The notes under the pieces are model-generated. The model saw only the letters and a list, made by a program, of their open reading frames with translations, searched no databases and was not told the DNA's origin. From the NCBI RefSeq assembly GCF_009914755.1, contig NC_060933.1: a stretch of 64,000 nt of DNA; one strand, written 5' to 3'. The first letter of the stretch is position 1. Each line of letters opens with the position of its first letter. Source of the DNA: the human T2T-CHM13v2.0 reference genome, Homo sapiens. The translations under genes were made by a program, and so were the position numbers. This document shows, piece after piece, positions 57,917-64,000 of this stretch.

Positions 57917-60440
57917 TTAGTAGATAAAGCTAAAGCAGCTGTTATAAACATGTTCAAAGAACTAAAAGAAACCACATTTCAAAAACTAAAGTATGACAAT
58001 AGTGGTCCATACATAGGCTATCAGTAGATATATAAATTACTTAAAAGGGGAAAATGGAAATTTTGAAGACAAAAAATATAACTGAAATAAAAATTTACTG
58101 AGGTGGGAAGGGCTTAATATCAGTTTTGAGATAGGAGAAGAAAGAATGCACAAACTTGAATAAAAACAAGAGTAAACAAAAAAGAAAATAACGAAGAAAA
58201 AGAAACAGAGCCTCAGAGACCTGTGGGAAGCCATAAATATATGCATAATGGCTTCCCAATAGAGAATAAAGAGAAAGTGAAAGAAAAATACTTAGAGATA
58301 AGAAAGCTAAAAGATTCCTAACTTTGATTTAAAAAGTTAATTTAGACATCCAAGAAGCTCAACAAACTCAAAGTAGGATAGACAAAAGACGTCCGCACCT
58401 AGTAACATTATATTCAAACTTTTGAAAGCCAAAGACAATGAAAACACATTGAAAACAGCAACAGAATAATTTGTCACTTATAGGGATCAGAAATAAACCA
58501 TGATCAACAGCTAACTTCTCAACAGAAACAATAAAATTCAAAAAGTAATGTGATAACATTCAAAATGCCAAAGGAAAAAAAAAGTAAACCGAGACTTAAA
58601 TCAGCAAAACTATCCTTCAGTAATGAAAATGAAATTTTTAGAGAATATGACTGGGATATAGAGTATCTCAAGGAACCAAAAACTCCTCAAACTAATAAAT
58701 AATTTTAGCAAGGTCATGGGATAAAAGGTTAATGTACAAAAGTCAACCATCACCCCGTATACTAGCATTTAAAAGTCTCAGAATTTGAGACTTTTTAAAA
58801 AATGCCATTTATAAAAATTCCAAAAAATAACTCACTTATGTATAAGCCTAACAAAGTATATATACAATCTGCTTGTGGAAAACTACAAAATACTGAAAAA
58901 ACAAATCAAGGAAGATCTACATAAACAGAAAATATACTATACATATTGACTAGAAGATTCAATAGTGTTATAATTAGGCTGTGAAACACAGTTTGCCTGC
59001 CCTTGATATAGATGCAAAAAATTCTCAAAATATTAGCAATACAAAGACACCAGCAATATGAAAAGAATTACACAGCATGACCATGTGAGATTAATTCCAC
59101 AAAAGCAAAATTGACTTAAGATAAAGACAATTAATTTACTATATTAATAGAATAAAAGTCAAAAATATAGAATCATTTCAATGGACACAAAACATTATTT
59201 GAAAAAAATCAAATACTCCTTTAGGATTAAAAACTACATAAACTAGAAATACAAAGGATCTTTCTCAACCTGACAAAGAGCAGCTATGAAAAATCTACAG
59301 CTAATGTTAAACTTAATGGTAAAAGACTGAATGCTTTCCACTAAAATTGTAAACAGGGCAACAATATTCACTTTTATCACTTCTATTAAATGTTATACTG
59401 AGGTGCTAGCTAATATGATAAGACAATATAAATGAATTGAATTAATCCATATTGGAAGAGAGGAAGTGAAACTATATTTTCAATCAACATGGTCCTATAT
59501 GTAGGATATATTAAGAAATCCACATTACCATAAAACTAGAGCTAATAAATTAGTTCGGCTAGGTCACAGCAAATAGGATAAATATGGAAATATTAATTAA
59601 ATTTCTATATATCGGCAATGACCCACTCACATATGAAATTAAGAAAACAATTCCATTCACAAAAGCCTCAAAAAGAAAAAAAAATGTAGGATTAAATTTA
59701 ATAAAGGAAGTGCAAGTCTTGCATACCACAAAACATTGCTGAGAGAAATGAAGGTGTAAATGGAGAGGCATTCTATGTTCGTGTTCAATATTGTTAAGAC
59801 GGCAATTTGCCTAAAAGTAATCTATAACATCAAAATAATCTCTATCAAAATAAAAGCAAGTGTTTAAATGGTATTTGTGTGTGTGTGTGCTTGCAGGCCA
59901 TTGCAGAAATTGATGAGGTTTTTTCTAATGAAATGCAAAAGATGCAAAATAGCCCAAGTCATTTTGAAAAACAATAACAAACTTTGAGTACTTATACTTC
60001 TAACTCAAAACTTACTATAATTACACAGTAATCAAAGTACTGTGGCACTTGCAAAAGATACATAAACCAAAGATACAGAATTGGAAGTCCAGAAGTAAAT
60101 CCTTAACATTTATGGTTCATTGATTTTCAACAAAGGTGCTGAGACAATTCAATGGGAGGAAAAAAATAGTCTTTTTAACAAATGGTGCCAAAATAATTAG
60201 ATACCCACATGTAAAAAGATGAATTTAGACCTCTACCTTATACCATACACAAAATTAAGTCAAAGTGAATAACATACCTAAATATACGAGCTGAAACTGT
60301 CAAACTTTTAGAAGAATACCTAGGAGAATGATCCCTATGACCTTTCGTTAAGAAAAGAGTTCTCAGATACAATGCCCTGAGCATGATCTGTAAATAATAA
60401 TAACAATACCAGTATACATCATCAACATACTATATCAAAG

Positions 60441-61790
<1,350 letters not shown>

Positions 61791-62593
61791 GCAATATAGT
61801 TCTGGGACAGCATTTAAGCCTTGGTTCTCACTCTAAGCCTTTCACAGAAAGGTAAATAATGGCAAAGCAGCAATTTAGATCTAGACTAGCAGTTAAATTC
61901 CAATATTCAATCTGAATCTTCCTCAGATCAAGAAATGATGACAGAGCAGTGAGATTGTTCCAGTGTTGTCTTGAGTTCTGGTGGTCACTAAAAGTCTTCT
62001 CCAGAATGGAAAGCAATAATAGGCCAGCATTTAGGTTTCAATCCTTATAAGTAAAGATCTCACACTATCAAAAAGCACCTACAAAAGGTGAAAGAGGTGG
62101 CTGTCTCCTCAAACTTATAGGCATCAACATAAAGATACAAGCATTGTGAAACCTCAGGAAAATATGACACTACCAAAAGAAACCTAGAAAACTTCAGCAA
62201 TAGAGTCAGAAAAATTGATGATCTATGAAATATCTGATACATGAGTCAAAATAACCCACTTAAAGAAGTTCAGGAAGTTGCAGAAAAATATGAATAGAAA
62301 ATTAAATAAAAATTGAAAAACAATTTCGGAAAAAAATATTTAACAGAAAAATAGTAATAGTTTTTATAATGCAATAGAGTTCTTGAAAATAAAGAATATA
62401 ATTATGAACAGAAAAACTCATTATAAAGCTTCAAAAGCAAACTTGTTCAAAAAGGAAAGAATTACTGAGCTGGAAGACAGCACATATGAAATTACCCAAT
62501 CAGAGAAGAAAAAGAAAAAAAAAAACTAACCTCTGCATAATTGGAACCCCCAAAGGAAAGGAGAAATAAAAGAGCTTAGCAAGCATGTTTAAG

Positions 62594-62990
<397 letters not shown>

Positions 62991-63062
62991 TCAGAGGTCA
63001 CCAGTCAAATTCAGTCCTATGAGGAATTCCCCAAGGTACATCAGAATCAACTTAGTAAATAT

Positions 63063-63066
<4 letters not shown>

Positions 63067-63110
<44 letters not shown>
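63067..63110. repeat. (AC)22 microsatellite
   Basis: Read directly. Confidence 0.97.
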
Positions 63111-63112
<2 letters not shown>

Positions 63113-64000
63113 TTGTTCAAAACATCAAGAAAAAAGAAACATATCACATTCAAGCGTGCTCTAATATGGCTTTCAGTGGGCTTTTAGGAGAAACCCTGCA
63201 GGCCAGGAAAAAAGTAGAATGCTAAATTCAAAGTGCTGAAGGTAAAAAACAACAACAACAACAACAAAAAAAAACTCTTAGCCAAGAATACTGTACTCAA
63301 CAAAGCTATTCTTAAAACACAAAGAACAGATTAAGACATTACACTACCAGACCAACAAAAGTTGAGAGAATTCATCCACAGCAGACCTGTCACAAGAAAT
63401 GCTAAAGAAATAGATACTAATATGTAACAATAAAACATCTGAAGCTATAAAACTCACTGGTAAATACAAGAAGCCACATTTGTAATACTCTAATTCTATA
63501 ATTGTGCAAGTAAACCATTTATATGTCAAGTATAAAGACTAGAAGACAAAAGTATTAAAGACAATGATAACTATAGTAATTGGTTAAGAGATAGGCAATA
63601 TAAAAATAGGTAAATTGAAACATCAAAAAATTAAAATGTGGGGGGAAAATAATTTTGTTTTCAGTACTTTCCTTTGCAATCAATGTTAAGTTGATATCAG
63701 CTTTAAAAAATCTGTAATAACTAAAAGATTTTTTTTGTAATCTTCATGTGAACCTCAAGGCAAAAACCCACAATAGATACACTAAGCAACATAGAATGAA
63801 AACATTCTACTAAAGAAACTCACTTAACTACAAAAGAAGACAGCAAGAGATGAATAAAAGAAAGGGTCTATAAAATAACCAAAAACCAAGTAACAAAATG
63901 GCAATTGTAAACCCTTACCTATCAATAATAACCTTGAATGCAAATAGATTATATTATCCAATTAACAGAAGGAGTAACTACATGATTTAAAAACAGGATC

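Overview
AT-rich primate DNA dominated by interspersed repeats. It is almost certainly human, because it carries an AluYb8 with the diagnostic 7-bp duplication and an AluYa5 with all five diagnostic bases. I find no credible host protein-coding gene. The supplied ORFs are L1, Alu, MaLR or mariner remnants, microsatellite read-throughs, or short unassignable frames. Contents: layered L1 fossils (L1M to L1PA3-like), 8 Alus, two complete MaLR proviruses (MSTA and THE1), solo LTRs (MLT2A, LTR22-like, MST), a full-length HSMAR2 mariner, MER20/MER5A, MIR/L2 fragments and microsatellites. The most notable non-TE structures are: (i) a 42-bp near-perfect inverted repeat at 100-199 whose loop holds a minus-strand 3' splice AG, inside a cluster of splice-site-like motifs; (ii) two recent, locally templated 140-190 bp insertions copied from 1.5-3 kb away; (iii) several small template-switch or quasi-palindrome scars; (iv) a strong CTCF motif next to an RFX-like motif at about 16.55 kb. 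I do not see evidence for a new multi-gene system. Subfamily names come from recalled consensus sequences, and boundaries of old elements are approximate.
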